Shown: positions 46,861 to 55,762 of the stretch, piece by piece
Layout: each line of letters starts with the position of its first letter
Numbering within the stretch: position 1 is the first letter of the stretch
Source of the DNA: Candidatus Parvarchaeota archaeon
GTDB taxonomy: Archaea > Nanobdellota > Nanobdellia > WJKC01
Reading direction: 5' to 3'
DNA length: 63,187 nt
NCBI GenBank assembly: GCA_017608505.1
Contig: JAFCFT010000010.1
Location: forward strand, 1 to 63,187
The notes under the pieces: generated by a model
Databases searched by the model: none
What the model was told of the DNA's origin: nothing
Seen by the model: only the letters and a program-made list of their open reading frames with translations
Position numbers and translations under genes: made by a program

Positions 46861-47098
46861 AACATTAACATTAATAAAAACCTTTTTGTCTGACAAGTCA
46901 AAGACTTTCAAGCTCTTCAATGCACTTTTTCAAGTAATTATTGCTTGCCTCTCGGGGCTGACTTTTTTGGGCTTTATGTTTTTGGTCAGTTCTTGGTACC
47001 ATTCAGGGAGTTGTTGAAGGATGTTGTTCATTTATTTATTACTTTTAAGAAGAAGTATTTAAGGTTGGACGGGTAGGATTCACTACCACATCCACCCA

Positions 47099-47262
47099 CG
47101 CCAGGGCCAGGAATCTCAAACCCAAGACCCTAAAACCCCAGAGGGGGTGGGTAGGGCCTAGGGAGGGGGAAACGTACCCCCTCTCTGGCTTTTGAACCTG
47201 GGAGGGCTTATCGCCCACTCGCTCTCGAGGCGAGCGCCTTAACCAGACTTGGCTACCCTGGC
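47099..47262 (-). tRNA. tRNA-Ser (anticodon CGA) with a 78-nt T-loop intron
   Basis: Acceptor GCCAGGG/CCCTGGC plus discriminator G, D arm GCC..GGC, anticodon stem CTCGC/GCGAG with loop CTCGAGA, long variable arm GGGC-GATA-GCCC, T stem CCAGG/CCTGG. The T-loop is interrupted by 47113..47190. Confidence 0.85.
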
Positions 47263-47302
47263 GCAACAATTAAATTAAGAAATGCGAAAATATATAAGTT
47301 TT

Positions 47303-47737
47303 TTAAAAATTTGTAATTTCAGAAACCATATATTTTTTTGCATTATTAACTAAGAGAATTCCTGCATTTTTTATTTCATTTAAAATTTTAGAAGGTTCAA
47401 CTAAGTTGACGTACCTGCAACCTGCAGCCTTAAGATTGTTTAACAGACGCTCTGACAAGCCGGCATCGCCTGTAACTATGCCTATAGAAGCGCCCTTGTA
47501 ATAATCTTTGTGAAGCTTTGAAAAGTCTTCTTTTGGGTAAATCACCCATATATTATATTTTATGTTCTCGTCAGAATTTAATTTGTGGCGCATAGTAAAA
47601 AAACTTAGGCCAAGAATGTCTGCAGCATCCATCATGCCTTCACGCGTCTTTGGGTCTAACATATTTAATACTTTATTGTAAACATCAAGATTAGTTGGAT
47701 GCACAACTGCTTTGTATATCCAAGTATCTAATGACAT
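47303..47737 (-). CDS. hypothetical protein, Ras/Rab-like fold signature without P-loop (paralog of 62656..63047)
   Basis: IYKAVVHPTNLDVYNKVL occupies the position of beta1 and the P-loop. IWVIYPKEDFSKLHKDYYKGASIGIVTGD parallels WDTAGQExF…YYRGAxGxxxVxD. Confidence 0.5.
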   Translation of the reverse strand: MSLDTWIYKAVVHPTNLDVYNKVLNMLDPKTREGMMDAADILGLSFFTMRHKLNSDENIKYNIWVIYPKEDFSKLHKDYYKGASIGIVTGDAGLSERLLNNLKAAGCRYVNLVEPSKILNEIKNAGILLVNNAKKYMVSEITNF

Positions 47738-47794
47738 GTTGTTTCACCGAAAAATAAGACGTATAGAGTGTATATTTAAATGTTTCGAATGCAC

Positions 47795-48661
47795 GGTTAA
47801 GTGACTTTTTCTGTGTTATAATTCCTTACCCATTGTCTTATAAAACTCTCTGCTCCTTTTCTGCTTTGAAACCCTCCAAACCATTTCAGTCTTCGTTTCA
47901 GCTCCCTGTTCAGCCTTTCAATCACTGCGTTAGGGCCAAAGGCAGCCCCAATTTTCTCTCCAACCCCATGTTTTCCTTATCGCTCTCCTGTATTCCCACA
48001 ATCCGTCAGTCACTATCACTCTTGGCTTTCCTGCTTTCTCCTTTGCTTCTTTCATTACAATCCTGGCGTCAAAGTATGTTCTCCCATTGCTTAAGCGCCA
48101 CGTTATTATCTTTCTAGTCTTCCTATCCATCACCAGCCACAGCCAATGAACCTTGCCTTTAATTTTTATTGCTGTTTCATCAGCATGCCAAACTTTGCCA
48201 ACTTCCAACTTTTTTTCAGGAAACAGGAAGTCCTTAACCCTTTTTCTTATGCTTTCATGACTTACCCTTATCCCAAAAAAGTTCAAGACTTTGTTGGCTA
48301 TTGTTCTTAAACTAACTCCTAAACTAGCATATAACTTTACAGCATATTTAATCACTGAGCTGTGAAACCTTTTTCTTGGCAGGTCACTAGTATAGACGAA
48401 CCTTAATCCGCAGTTTTTGCACTCGTATCTCTGGTGCCTGTTAAACCAGCCAGCCTTTTTAATGTGTGATGACCCACACCTTTTGCACTCTGGCACAACC
48501 CAGCCAGAAAAGGTTTTAAAGCTAAAGCTACTCAAAACACATTGAAGTTTCATAAATTACACCTCCTTAGGTTTTTTACATATAACAAAGGAGGCATAGA
48601 ACCTAAAAATAGCTAACTAAAGAGGCGCTGGTTACTCCAGCGCCATTAAGTTGACTTAACC
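47795..48661 (-). mobile_element. IS6-family-like insertion sequence, full length (867 bp)
   Basis: Terminal repeats GGTTAAGTGAC (47795) and GTTGACTTAACC (48650..48661). An AGGAGGTG RBS precedes the transposase ATG at 48553. Confidence 0.85.
47797..48553 (-). pseudogene. IS6-like transposase, frameshifted
   Basis: The N-terminal 207 aa (zinc ribbon CKRCGS…CKNCG, DDE region) end in …KTWGWRENWGCLWP*. The C-terminus (GAAFGPNAVIERLNRELKRRLKWF…YNTEKVT*) continues in another frame. Confidence 0.75.
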
Positions 48662-48707
48662 CCAGAACTGTTAAATTTTAAAATAATATGTTTATTTTAC
48701 AACCATT

Positions 48708-49217
48708 ATGATAAAAAGAATAATTGTATTGCCTGCAAGCTTGAAAGATACGCTAAAAGAAATAGCTAATAAATACAATGAATGCGCAGGAGCATTATTC
48801 TACTTGCCAAGAAAGTATGAACATGCTGTTGTTTGCCCTCTCTCGCATATTCTTATTTTAAAAGAAGGCACGCCTGGCGCTGTAACTTTAGATTATTATG
48901 ATATTAAAAAAATTGAAAAAATACTTAATAATACTCGTTTAAATTACATTTTGTTTCATACGCATTCTACAGGCACCATCGAAAAATATGGCGCATATTA
49001 TGGCACTAATTTTTCTGAACAAGATAAGCAAATAATTAATAGATTTTTAAGAACTCGTCGCGATCATATCAGCATGCTTGTTACGCCATATAATGGCTTA
49101 TATGTAAAATTTTATTATGATAGCGCATACAGCGACTTAGAACTTAAAATAGTGAATTGGGATCCTTACGAAAAAGACAAAGTGGCTGAAGCAATTGAAG
49201 TGATTTTAAGTAACTAA
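48708..49217 (+). CDS. JAB/MPN-like (RadC/JAMM-type) domain protein
   Basis: NECAGALFY (Glu-x-x-G) and FHTHSTG…FSEQD resemble E…HxH…SxxD, but with an unusually long (16-aa) spacer. Confidence 0.5.
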   Translation: MIKRIIVLPASLKDTLKEIANKYNECAGALFYLPRKYEHAVVCPLSHILILKEGTPGAVTLDYYDIKKIEKILNNTRLNYILFHTHSTGTIEKYGAYYGTNFSEQDKQIINRFLRTRRDHISMLVTPYNGLYVKFYYDSAYSDLELKIVNWDPYEKDKVAEAIEVILSN

Positions 49218-49261
49218 AACTATAAAACTTTATAAATTACATTAGCAATTCTTTTATTGAA

Positions 49262-50335
49262 ATGGGCTTATACGGCTTTGTAGTTTATGATTCTATTGGG
49301 AAATGCCTTGTTCATTATTTTAAAAAATCTTTAATTAGTCCAGATTTAGTTTCTGGACTGCTGAGCGCAATGCAAAGTTTTAGTAAAGAGCTTTTAGGCA
49401 GTGAGCCAAAAATTGTGCGCCTTAATAACGGTGTTTCAATGCGTTATGAAGATTTTAATATAGAAATTATTGAGGATGTTAATATTTCATATTGCTCTAG
49501 CTTGAAAGGCAAAAAATTAGTTGAGCTTAATGGAAACTACGTAACTTTAGACTCGTTATCAGACGATTTAAAATTAAAGCTTGCTCCAAAAGCCTTAACC
49601 CTTGATGAACTAATATGTGCGCTGAAAAATAATGAAAAATCATATTATGGCGATTCTTTTAAGTTTCATTTTGAAAAACGCTATGTTCCAACAAACAGAC
49701 CTGGTGATTTAAGAGTTAATTATGCCATTATTTATGATGCTGTTGATGAAAATATCGAAATGCTTGATGGCGAGCCGTTTATAAACTGGTTTCTTAAACG
49801 TTTAGGCGCTTTATTGAAGAAAAAAGCGCAATATCTTGGAAAGGCGGTAGAGCTCGGCGAAACAAACGGTTTAGAGGATAAATTTGCTGAGGATTTTTCC
49901 TTGCTTGCAAAATTTTATGAAAATTGCAGGAAATACTTAATAAGCAAGAATTTAGTAAAACTGCCTTTAAATCTTCCTAATCCTAATTTATGTGGCTTAA
50001 ATGATGCATTGTCTTTGTTGCCTCTCGAACTATTTAAAACTGCAAGTTTGTGGTATGCGAAATATTGCAAAGACTTTACCATCAGTTACGACGATTTTCT
50101 TCAAAAATTTATTGACGTTTTTAATTCTATGAAAGAAGTTAAAAAAGATTACGCAAAAGAGCTTCATATTTTAAAAAAGGCTGTTGAAAGTGTTGAATGC
50201 GACCTTTCAATGCCTGTCAAAAAACGCAGCAGCGAAGAGTATCTAAAAGCGCTTAAAATGTTAAAAAAAGCTCTTAAGTTATTTAAAGAGCCTCAAAGAC
50301 AAAAGTCTGTTAGCGAATTCGACTATATCGCTTAA
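49262..50335 (+). CDS. hypothetical protein with longin/roadblock-like N-terminal domain
   Basis: GFVVYDSIGKCLVHY…PDLVSGLLSAMQSFSKELLGSEPKIVRLNNGVSMRYE follows a beta-beta-alpha-beta-beta pattern. The remainder is helical. Confidence 0.4.
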   Translation: MGLYGFVVYDSIGKCLVHYFKKSLISPDLVSGLLSAMQSFSKELLGSEPKIVRLNNGVSMRYEDFNIEIIEDVNISYCSSLKGKKLVELNGNYVTLDSLSDDLKLKLAPKALTLDELICALKNNEKSYYGDSFKFHFEKRYVPTNRPGDLRVNYAIIYDAVDENIEMLDGEPFINWFLKRLGALLKKKAQYLGKAVELGETNGLEDKFAEDFSLLAKFYENCRKYLISKNLVKLPLNLPNPNLCGLNDALSLLPLELFKTASLWYAKYCKDFTISYDDFLQKFIDVFNSMKEVKKDYAKELHILKKAVESVECDLSMPVKKRSSEEYLKALKMLKKALKLFKEPQRQKSVSEFDYIA

Positions 50336-51369
50336 ATAATCTTTTTTTTATTAATTACCTCTTTAGCAGTCTTAAATATTTTTTCTTGATTCAGCGAATA
50401 AGACTCTTTCAATTTGTTTTTAATCGCATCGAGCGTCTCGCGTTCATTGCCAAAAAGCTTGTCTATGTACTTGTCTTTATTAGGAAGTTTGTTTTTCACG
50501 TCAAGCACAAGCAATATGGTTTCTTTGTTAATCTTAACCTCGTTTATAAATGTAAAGCCAACACCCAAATAATTTTCTTTGCTAAATAAATACGAGCTTA
50601 AATGGCGCAACTTTGCATTTTTAAATCCAAGTTTTTCTCCAAGCTCTTTAAAAGAGCTATTAAGATTGCTTAAAGACATGCAATTTAATAAGTGCAAGTC
50701 TTTTAATGGCGCTTTATAACTTTCTAAAACTACTTCTTTTTCCATGTCTAATCTTAAAAATCCCATGCCTGAGTAATACCTTAATATATCTGTAATTGGA
50801 GACCCGTCATCTTTAAATGCAAAAAAATCCCATTTTGTTGTGTAATTCGAATTTGGAGTAATTACATTTTCAAGACTGTATTTTTCTCCCTTATTGCGCC
50901 TTACCTCTAAAAGCTGTTTTGAAAGATCATGATTGTAGAGTATTATTAATTTTGTCAGCTCCTGTCCTAATTTTTTCATTTTTTTATTCTTAAAATAATT
51001 TGTATAATCTTTGCTTATCGCTTCGTAGCATTTGTTGCTTAATTCAAGTTCTCTATTTACAGGCATGTATTTTTTTTCTGTGCGTATTATTGTTATTCCA
51101 TGCCAGCCTTGTGCAAGATATTTTAAATTAGAGGCGTATATTAAAAATTCATCTTCATTTAATTCAAGTTTTATGTTTCGCATTATGCGTCCTGGAAATT
51201 TCCTAAGATAAGAAAAAAGTTCTTTGCTATTTTTTACTACTGGCTTTTCGTCTATGTTTTCGGACGATAGCGACAAAATCGTTTTTGATTTGTTGTCATA
51301 GTGTATTGGTGCAATTAAATATTCTATTTTGTTTGAGTCTTTAAGCACGTTTAAAATCATGTCTTTCAT
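50332..51369 (-). CDS. hypothetical protein
   Basis: 345-aa ORF convergent with, and overlapping by 4 nt, the previous gene. Confidence 0.45.
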   Translation of the reverse strand: MKDMILNVLKDSNKIEYLIAPIHYDNKSKTILSLSSENIDEKPVVKNSKELFSYLRKFPGRIMRNIKLELNEDEFLIYASNLKYLAQGWHGITIIRTEKKYMPVNRELELSNKCYEAISKDYTNYFKNKKMKKLGQELTKLIILYNHDLSKQLLEVRRNKGEKYSLENVITPNSNYTTKWDFFAFKDDGSPITDILRYYSGMGFLRLDMEKEVVLESYKAPLKDLHLLNCMSLSNLNSSFKELGEKLGFKNAKLRHLSSYLFSKENYLGVGFTFINEVKINKETILLVLDVKNKLPNKDKYIDKLFGNERETLDAIKNKLKESYSLNQEKIFKTAKEVINKKKII

Positions 51370-51401
51370 TAGGAAAATATCAACAATTCTATTTTATAAA
51401 A

Positions 51402-51731
51402 TTATTGTTTTTTCTTTATAAAGAAATGTTCTACAGCGCATGCGCACAAGTAGGGAATTATAAAAAACAATGTTATTATGCTTATGTACGAAAGCCAGTA
51501 ATATTGTATGCTTACGCCAACTATTAGTGGGCTGGCTAAACTGCACATAGAAGGCGAATATGTAGCATTTAATTTTGGATTTACTATCGGCTTTTTCATG
51601 CATGGCACACATGGCGTATTAAGCACGATAAGCGCCATTAAAAGCAAACCAGAAATCATTACTGCAACAATCACTTTGAAAACATTAGGTCTTAGCAAAT
51701 CTTTCATTATATAAAAATAAAGTTTTTCCAT
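51402..51731 (-). CDS. small membrane protein
   Basis: 109 aa with 3 hydrophobic spans. Co-directional with pspC. Confidence 0.4.
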   Translation of the reverse strand: MEKLYFYIMKDLLRPNVFKVIVAVMISGLLLMALIVLNTPCVPCMKKPIVNPKLNATYSPSMCSLASPLIVGVSIQYYWLSYISIITLFFIIPYLCACAVEHFFIKKKQ

Positions 51732-51741
51732 TAATATAAAT

Positions 51742-51900
51742 TTAATCTTTTATTATGATCCATGCGCCCAGCACTATTAGCGCTGTGGGCCAGTATGTTT
51801 CAACTAGTTTGTACCAATCGTATCCAAAAACATTACTCAATAAAAAAAGAATGCCTGCTAAAATTAGAAGAGCCCCTAGCAGTATTCTGCCTTTACACAT
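51742..51900 (-). CDS. small 2-TM protein (LiaI/LiaF-like, DUF5668-type)
   Basis: MCKGRILLGALLILAGILFLLSNV…ALIVLGAWIIIK. Its ATG overlaps the pspC stop (ATGTGTAA). Confidence 0.5.
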   Translation of the reverse strand: MCKGRILLGALLILAGILFLLSNVFGYDWYKLVETYWPTALIVLGAWIIIKD

Positions 51901-52306
51901 TTTCTTTTTCCTCCTTTCTTGAAATAAGTATTGCAATTCCTATGTATATTAATATGAATGGCCATGATTTATCCCAGCTAAGATAATTTGTGTTATGTAA
52001 TAGCATTAAAAACCCCACAAGAATTATGAAGAAACCTATTATTGTTCTTGCTTTTTTATCTTTTCTTTCTCTTTTAGCATGTTCTTCTTTAGCCCATTCT
52101 TTTATTAAGGGTTCTGATTGTCCTTCTTCAGGAATTGCAAGCCAGCACACAATGTATACAAGAACCCCAAGACCGTTAAAAAAAGCGGCAATAATAAACA
52201 ACACTCTTATTAATGTTGGGTCTATATTTAGATATTCGCCAATACCTCCGCATACTCCGCCAAGCACCTTGTTCTTTTTAGAGCGAAATAACTTTTTTGC
52301 AGTCAC
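51893..52306 (-). CDS. PspC-domain membrane protein
   Basis: LFRSKKNKVLGGVCGGIGEYLNIDPTLIRVLFI…WLAIPEE. Confidence 0.8.
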   Translation of the reverse strand: MTAKKLFRSKKNKVLGGVCGGIGEYLNIDPTLIRVLFIIAAFFNGLGVLVYIVCWLAIPEEGQSEPLIKEWAKEEHAKRERKDKKARTIIGFFIILVGFLMLLHNTNYLSWDKSWPFILIYIGIAILISRKEEKENV

Positions 52307-52381
52307 ATTTTTTAATAAGATGTTTCCAAATTTAAAACATATAGTAAGCTTTATAAATGGACTTTTAATTCCTTAATTTCT

Positions 52382-52732
52382 ATGGTTAAAAGAACAGGCC
52401 CGACTAATGAGAATTTAAGATCTTTAATCAAAAAGATGAAAAAGTCAAGCAACTTTTGGAAAGCAATAGCCAAGGACTTAGAAAGGCCCCGCAGAATCAG
52501 GCGTCAAGTCAATTTGTCTAGAATTAATAGGTGCACAAAAAAAGGCGAGACCATAATAGTTCCAGGCAAAGTGCTTTCCTCAGGCGAGTTAAAACACAAT
52601 TTAAAAATCATTGCTCTAGATGCCAGCGAGGCTGCTAAGCAAAAAATAAAGGCTTCTGGAAGCGAACTAATTAACATTAAAGACTTTTTTGAGTCCAACA
52701 AACCGACAAAAGGGGTGAAAATCATTGGTTAA
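52382..52732 (+). CDS. rpl18e: 50S ribosomal protein eL18 (L18e)
   Basis: TGPTNENLRSLI…VNLSRINR…IVPGKVLSSGEL pattern. Confidence 0.9.
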   Translation: MVKRTGPTNENLRSLIKKMKKSSNFWKAIAKDLERPRRIRRQVNLSRINRCTKKGETIIVPGKVLSSGELKHNLKIIALDASEAAKQKIKASGSELINIKDFFESNKPTKGVKIIG

Positions 52733-53144
52733 AGTTATAGACGCTGCAGATTCTATTGCAGGACGGCTTGCCACTAAAGTTGCTAAAATGGCACTTGAAG
52801 GCGAAACAGTAGTAGTAGTCAATGCTGAGAAAGCAATAATAACAGGCAATCCAAAATCAATTTTAAAAGCATACTTAGGAAGGATTCACAGAGGCCATCC
52901 ATTTAAAGGCCCTTATACTCCTCGAAAGCCTGACAGAATCCTCCGCCGCATGATTAGAGGCATGCTTCCTTACAAAAAAGCTCACGGAACTAAAGCTTTT
53001 AAGAGGGTAAAGGTCTTTATTGGCACGCCAAGCGAATACGAAGGCAAGGCTTCAAAAATTAAGGAAGCTTCAATGGAAAGCCGCAACATATTAAAATACA
53101 TGACTATTGAACAGTTAAGCAAGCTTATTGGAGGTGTCAAGTAA
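52725..53144 (+). CDS. rpl13: 50S ribosomal protein uL13
   Basis: IDAADSIAGRLATKVAKMALEGETVVVVNAEKAIITG. Confidence 0.9.
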   Translation: MVKVIDAADSIAGRLATKVAKMALEGETVVVVNAEKAIITGNPKSILKAYLGRIHRGHPFKGPYTPRKPDRILRRMIRGMLPYKKAHGTKAFKRVKVFIGTPSEYEGKASKIKEASMESRNILKYMTIEQLSKLIGGVK

Positions 53145-53572
53145 TGCCAAGAACAAAACAACCAAAACCCAAAGAAAAAATAGTTCATGTTTCTGGCAAA
53201 AGGAAGCGCGCCATTGCAAGAGCTACTCTAAAAAAAGGCGCTGGCATTATAAAAATCAATTCAATCCCTTTAGACATTTACGGCAACGAATTCATTCGCA
53301 TGAGGCTTAACGAGCCGTTAATGCTTGCAGGAGACCTTGCGTCTCAAGTCAACATAAAAGTGAACGTCTGCGGAGGCGGCTTTCAAAGCCAAGCAGAGGC
53401 TGCAAGACTTGCAATTGCTAAAGGTCTTGTTGAATTCTTCAAAGATGCAGAGTTAAAGAAAAAATATCTTGCATACGACAGACACTTGCTTATAGCTGAC
53501 GACAGGCAGACAGAGCCTCAAAAACCTTGCAGGAGCAGCGCCCGCAGAGGCAAGCAGACAAGCAAAAGGTAG
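53144..53572 (+). CDS. rps9: 30S ribosomal protein uS9
   Basis: SGKRKRAIARATLKKGAGIIKIN … GGGFQSQAEAARLAIAK … RRGKQTSKR. Confidence 0.9.
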   Translation: MPRTKQPKPKEKIVHVSGKRKRAIARATLKKGAGIIKINSIPLDIYGNEFIRMRLNEPLMLAGDLASQVNIKVNVCGGGFQSQAEAARLAIAKGLVEFFKDAELKKKYLAYDRHLLIADDRQTEPQKPCRSSARRGKQTSKR

Positions 53573-54139
53573 TCATGCATAAGTAACTACTGTGTTAGCG
53601 ACCATGTCTCCAAGTCTTTGCTGTTCTTCTGAACGCATTATTAGTATTATTGAAAGTATGTATAACGTAGCAGCCTCTATTATGCGTATGAGATTTCTTA
53701 TCATTGACTCATAAAATCCTATATATGACCCATCGTTTCTTACTACCCTTATTTTCATTATTTTTTTGCCATATGTCTGTCCATTGTAGCGGCCTTCATA
53801 AAACAAAAAATACAAAGGGTGCAAAACTATAGGAACTAATGTTAATGGCACAATAAATGCAAAAAGCACAGTCATAAAATCTTTTCCTATTGACTGATAA
53901 ATGACAAGCACAAACCCCACAACAACAAACAAAGAAAGACCCAAAATTATAAGGGAGTCGATTATAAACGCAATAATTCTGCGCTGAAGAAGACTTGTAT
54001 CCTTTTTTGCTTTTATTTTTTCCTTAGCTTTTGCCTGCTTCTGGTACTCTTTTGGAATGTATGTGCATATTGTGCATTGCTCTGAATTATATACTATATT
54101 TCCGCAAGCAGGACAAGTCCATGACTGTGGATATGCCAT
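53573..54139 (-). CDS. RDD-family membrane protein with N-terminal zinc ribbon
   Basis: CPACGN…CTIC, then RRIIAFIIDSLII and a 3-TM RDD-type core. Confidence 0.65.
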   Translation of the reverse strand: MAYPQSWTCPACGNIVYNSEQCTICTYIPKEYQKQAKAKEKIKAKKDTSLLQRRIIAFIIDSLIILGLSLFVVVGFVLVIYQSIGKDFMTVLFAFIVPLTLVPIVLHPLYFLFYEGRYNGQTYGKKIMKIRVVRNDGSYIGFYESMIRNLIRIIEAATLYILSIILIMRSEEQQRLGDMVANTVVTYA

Positions 54140-54165
54140 TATATTTTTTAAGAAACCCTTTGCTT

Positions 54166-54813
54166 TTAATTATTTTGCAATTGCGCGCATACATAAGGTT
54201 TCTCAGCATATTCTTTGCATACTAAATTCAACACAGATCTTGTGTCAATTTCTCCATTCACTACATATTTGTCATTTATTATTAGCGCCGGGACCCTTGT
54301 TATGTAATTCTTGTACTTATTAATGGTTTCATTAACATATTCCAAGTCGCTTCTTTCGACATTTATGTACTCAATATTTGTTCTATTTATAAGCAGAGCT
54401 TCCAAGTCATTTATCGTGAATGTCTTAGTCCTCAGACTTGAAAGGCTTCTTGGAGAATAAAAGAACTTAATATTCACTGTGTCGTTTTTCATTGAGCTAT
54501 TAAGCCCTGTTTCATTAAATGTATTGTTCATCATAGGGTTGCCAAATAAATACAATACAAGACCCAAATGCTCAGGATATTTCGAATACAAGATATTTAT
54601 TGCAGACTGCATGCTTTCTGTAAGAATAGACTTTGTTGCCTGGGATGTTGCCTGCACATACAAGAGAACAGCAAGAACCATTATAAGCACTATAGAAAGT
54701 GTACGCCAAGGATTTTTTGCAATGCTTGTCAAATCAATTACAATTTCTTTTTCATCTTCTTTTTTCTTTGCAGGCGCTTTTTTTACAACCTTTTTTCTTC
54801 TTTTATTTGGCAT
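54166..54813 (-). CDS. membrane-anchored thioredoxin-fold-like protein lacking CxxC
   Basis: N-terminal K-rich segment plus TM. The C-terminal …IKFFYSPRSLSS…VPALIINDKYVVNGEI has the Trx/Grx layout, but RSLS sits where CxxC is expected. Confidence 0.35.
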   Translation of the reverse strand: MPNKRRKKVVKKAPAKKKEDEKEIVIDLTSIAKNPWRTLSIVLIMVLAVLLYVQATSQATKSILTESMQSAINILYSKYPEHLGLVLYLFGNPMMNNTFNETGLNSSMKNDTVNIKFFYSPRSLSSLRTKTFTINDLEALLINRTNIEYINVERSDLEYVNETINKYKNYITRVPALIINDKYVVNGEIDTRSVLNLVCKEYAEKPYVCAQLQNN

Positions 54814-54836
54814 ACACTATTTTATCCTTTATTCTT

Positions 54837-55736
54837 TTAAAAATATTTCATAAGTTTTTTGCATCGCATTCTTAAGGCGACATCTGTTGTTTTTATTGTT
54901 CTTGCAATTTCTCTTTGAGTTATTTTTATGTCTTTAGCCTTTAGCTTCATGTAAATTATTGCTCCTGCAGTTATGTTTATATTAGATCCGCACGAATTGT
55001 AACCATTTTTTATAATATTTATATAACATTCTAAACATTTCTTTTCAAATTCAGCGTCCAATCCTAAGGCATTGCAATATTTTGCAAATTTCTGCGACAT
55101 TTCTTTTATATGATCTACCTGAGCAGTTTCACATTTTATATTAAAAAGACCTGCTTCATGCATTCTTTTGCGTATGTATTTTATTTTAATTTTATTTTTC
55201 TTACAGTAATTATTTACTTCTGTTTTTAAATTAGAGATTTCTTGATTATAACCTACTAAATACATGCACCCTAATAGAGCTGTTCTTAAATCGTGAATCC
55301 TGATTTTTTTCTTTTTTAGCATAATATATGTATGCAGTATTTCGTTTTCAAGCGATTTTGTGATTTCGCACCCTTGACTGTATAATTCGGTTGCCAGTAT
55401 TTTAAGTTCCCTGGCTGCTTTGTCTATAGACCTTTCTTTACTTGACAAAGCGCCATGTATTTTTAAATGTCTTTTTAAATCAGAAGAAAACCCAGGATTA
55501 AAAGTTGTTCTTGGCCCTGTAAGATTTTTAACTTCACTACTTTTTCTTTTTAGAATTTCATCATAATTGTACATTTTTGGCAATTCTTGCTTAAGACATT
55601 TCTCTTCAAAAACCAATCCGCATTTGCTGCACTTATAATTGCTGTCATAAATGTGATCAAATATTATTTCTTCGCACCCGCATTCTGGGCACTTTTCTGG
55701 CACACCGTCTATTATATCCTCCAATCCGCTCATCAA
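54837..55736 (-). CDS. tfb: transcription initiation factor IIB (TFB)
   Basis: Zinc ribbon CPECG…CSKCG, two cyclin-like repeats, C-terminal ITQREIARTIKTTDVALRMRCKKL. Confidence 0.85.
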   Translation of the reverse strand: MMSGLEDIIDGVPEKCPECGCEEIIFDHIYDSNYKCSKCGLVFEEKCLKQELPKMYNYDEILKRKSSEVKNLTGPRTTFNPGFSSDLKRHLKIHGALSSKERSIDKAARELKILATELYSQGCEITKSLENEILHTYIMLKKKKIRIHDLRTALLGCMYLVGYNQEISNLKTEVNNYCKKNKIKIKYIRKRMHEAGLFNIKCETAQVDHIKEMSQKFAKYCNALGLDAEFEKKCLECYINIIKNGYNSCGSNINITAGAIIYMKLKAKDIKITQREIARTIKTTDVALRMRCKKLMKYF

Positions 55737-55762
55737 AATTTCATTGATGCTATTGCTATTTA

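Noticed and set aside
47045-47269. 74-aa ORF on the minus strand
   Set aside because: It is entirely coincident with tRNA-Ser and its GC-rich intron.
47833-48117. 94-aa plus-strand ORF inside the IS6 element
   Set aside because: It is antisense to the transposase reading frames, which have clear homology on the minus strand.
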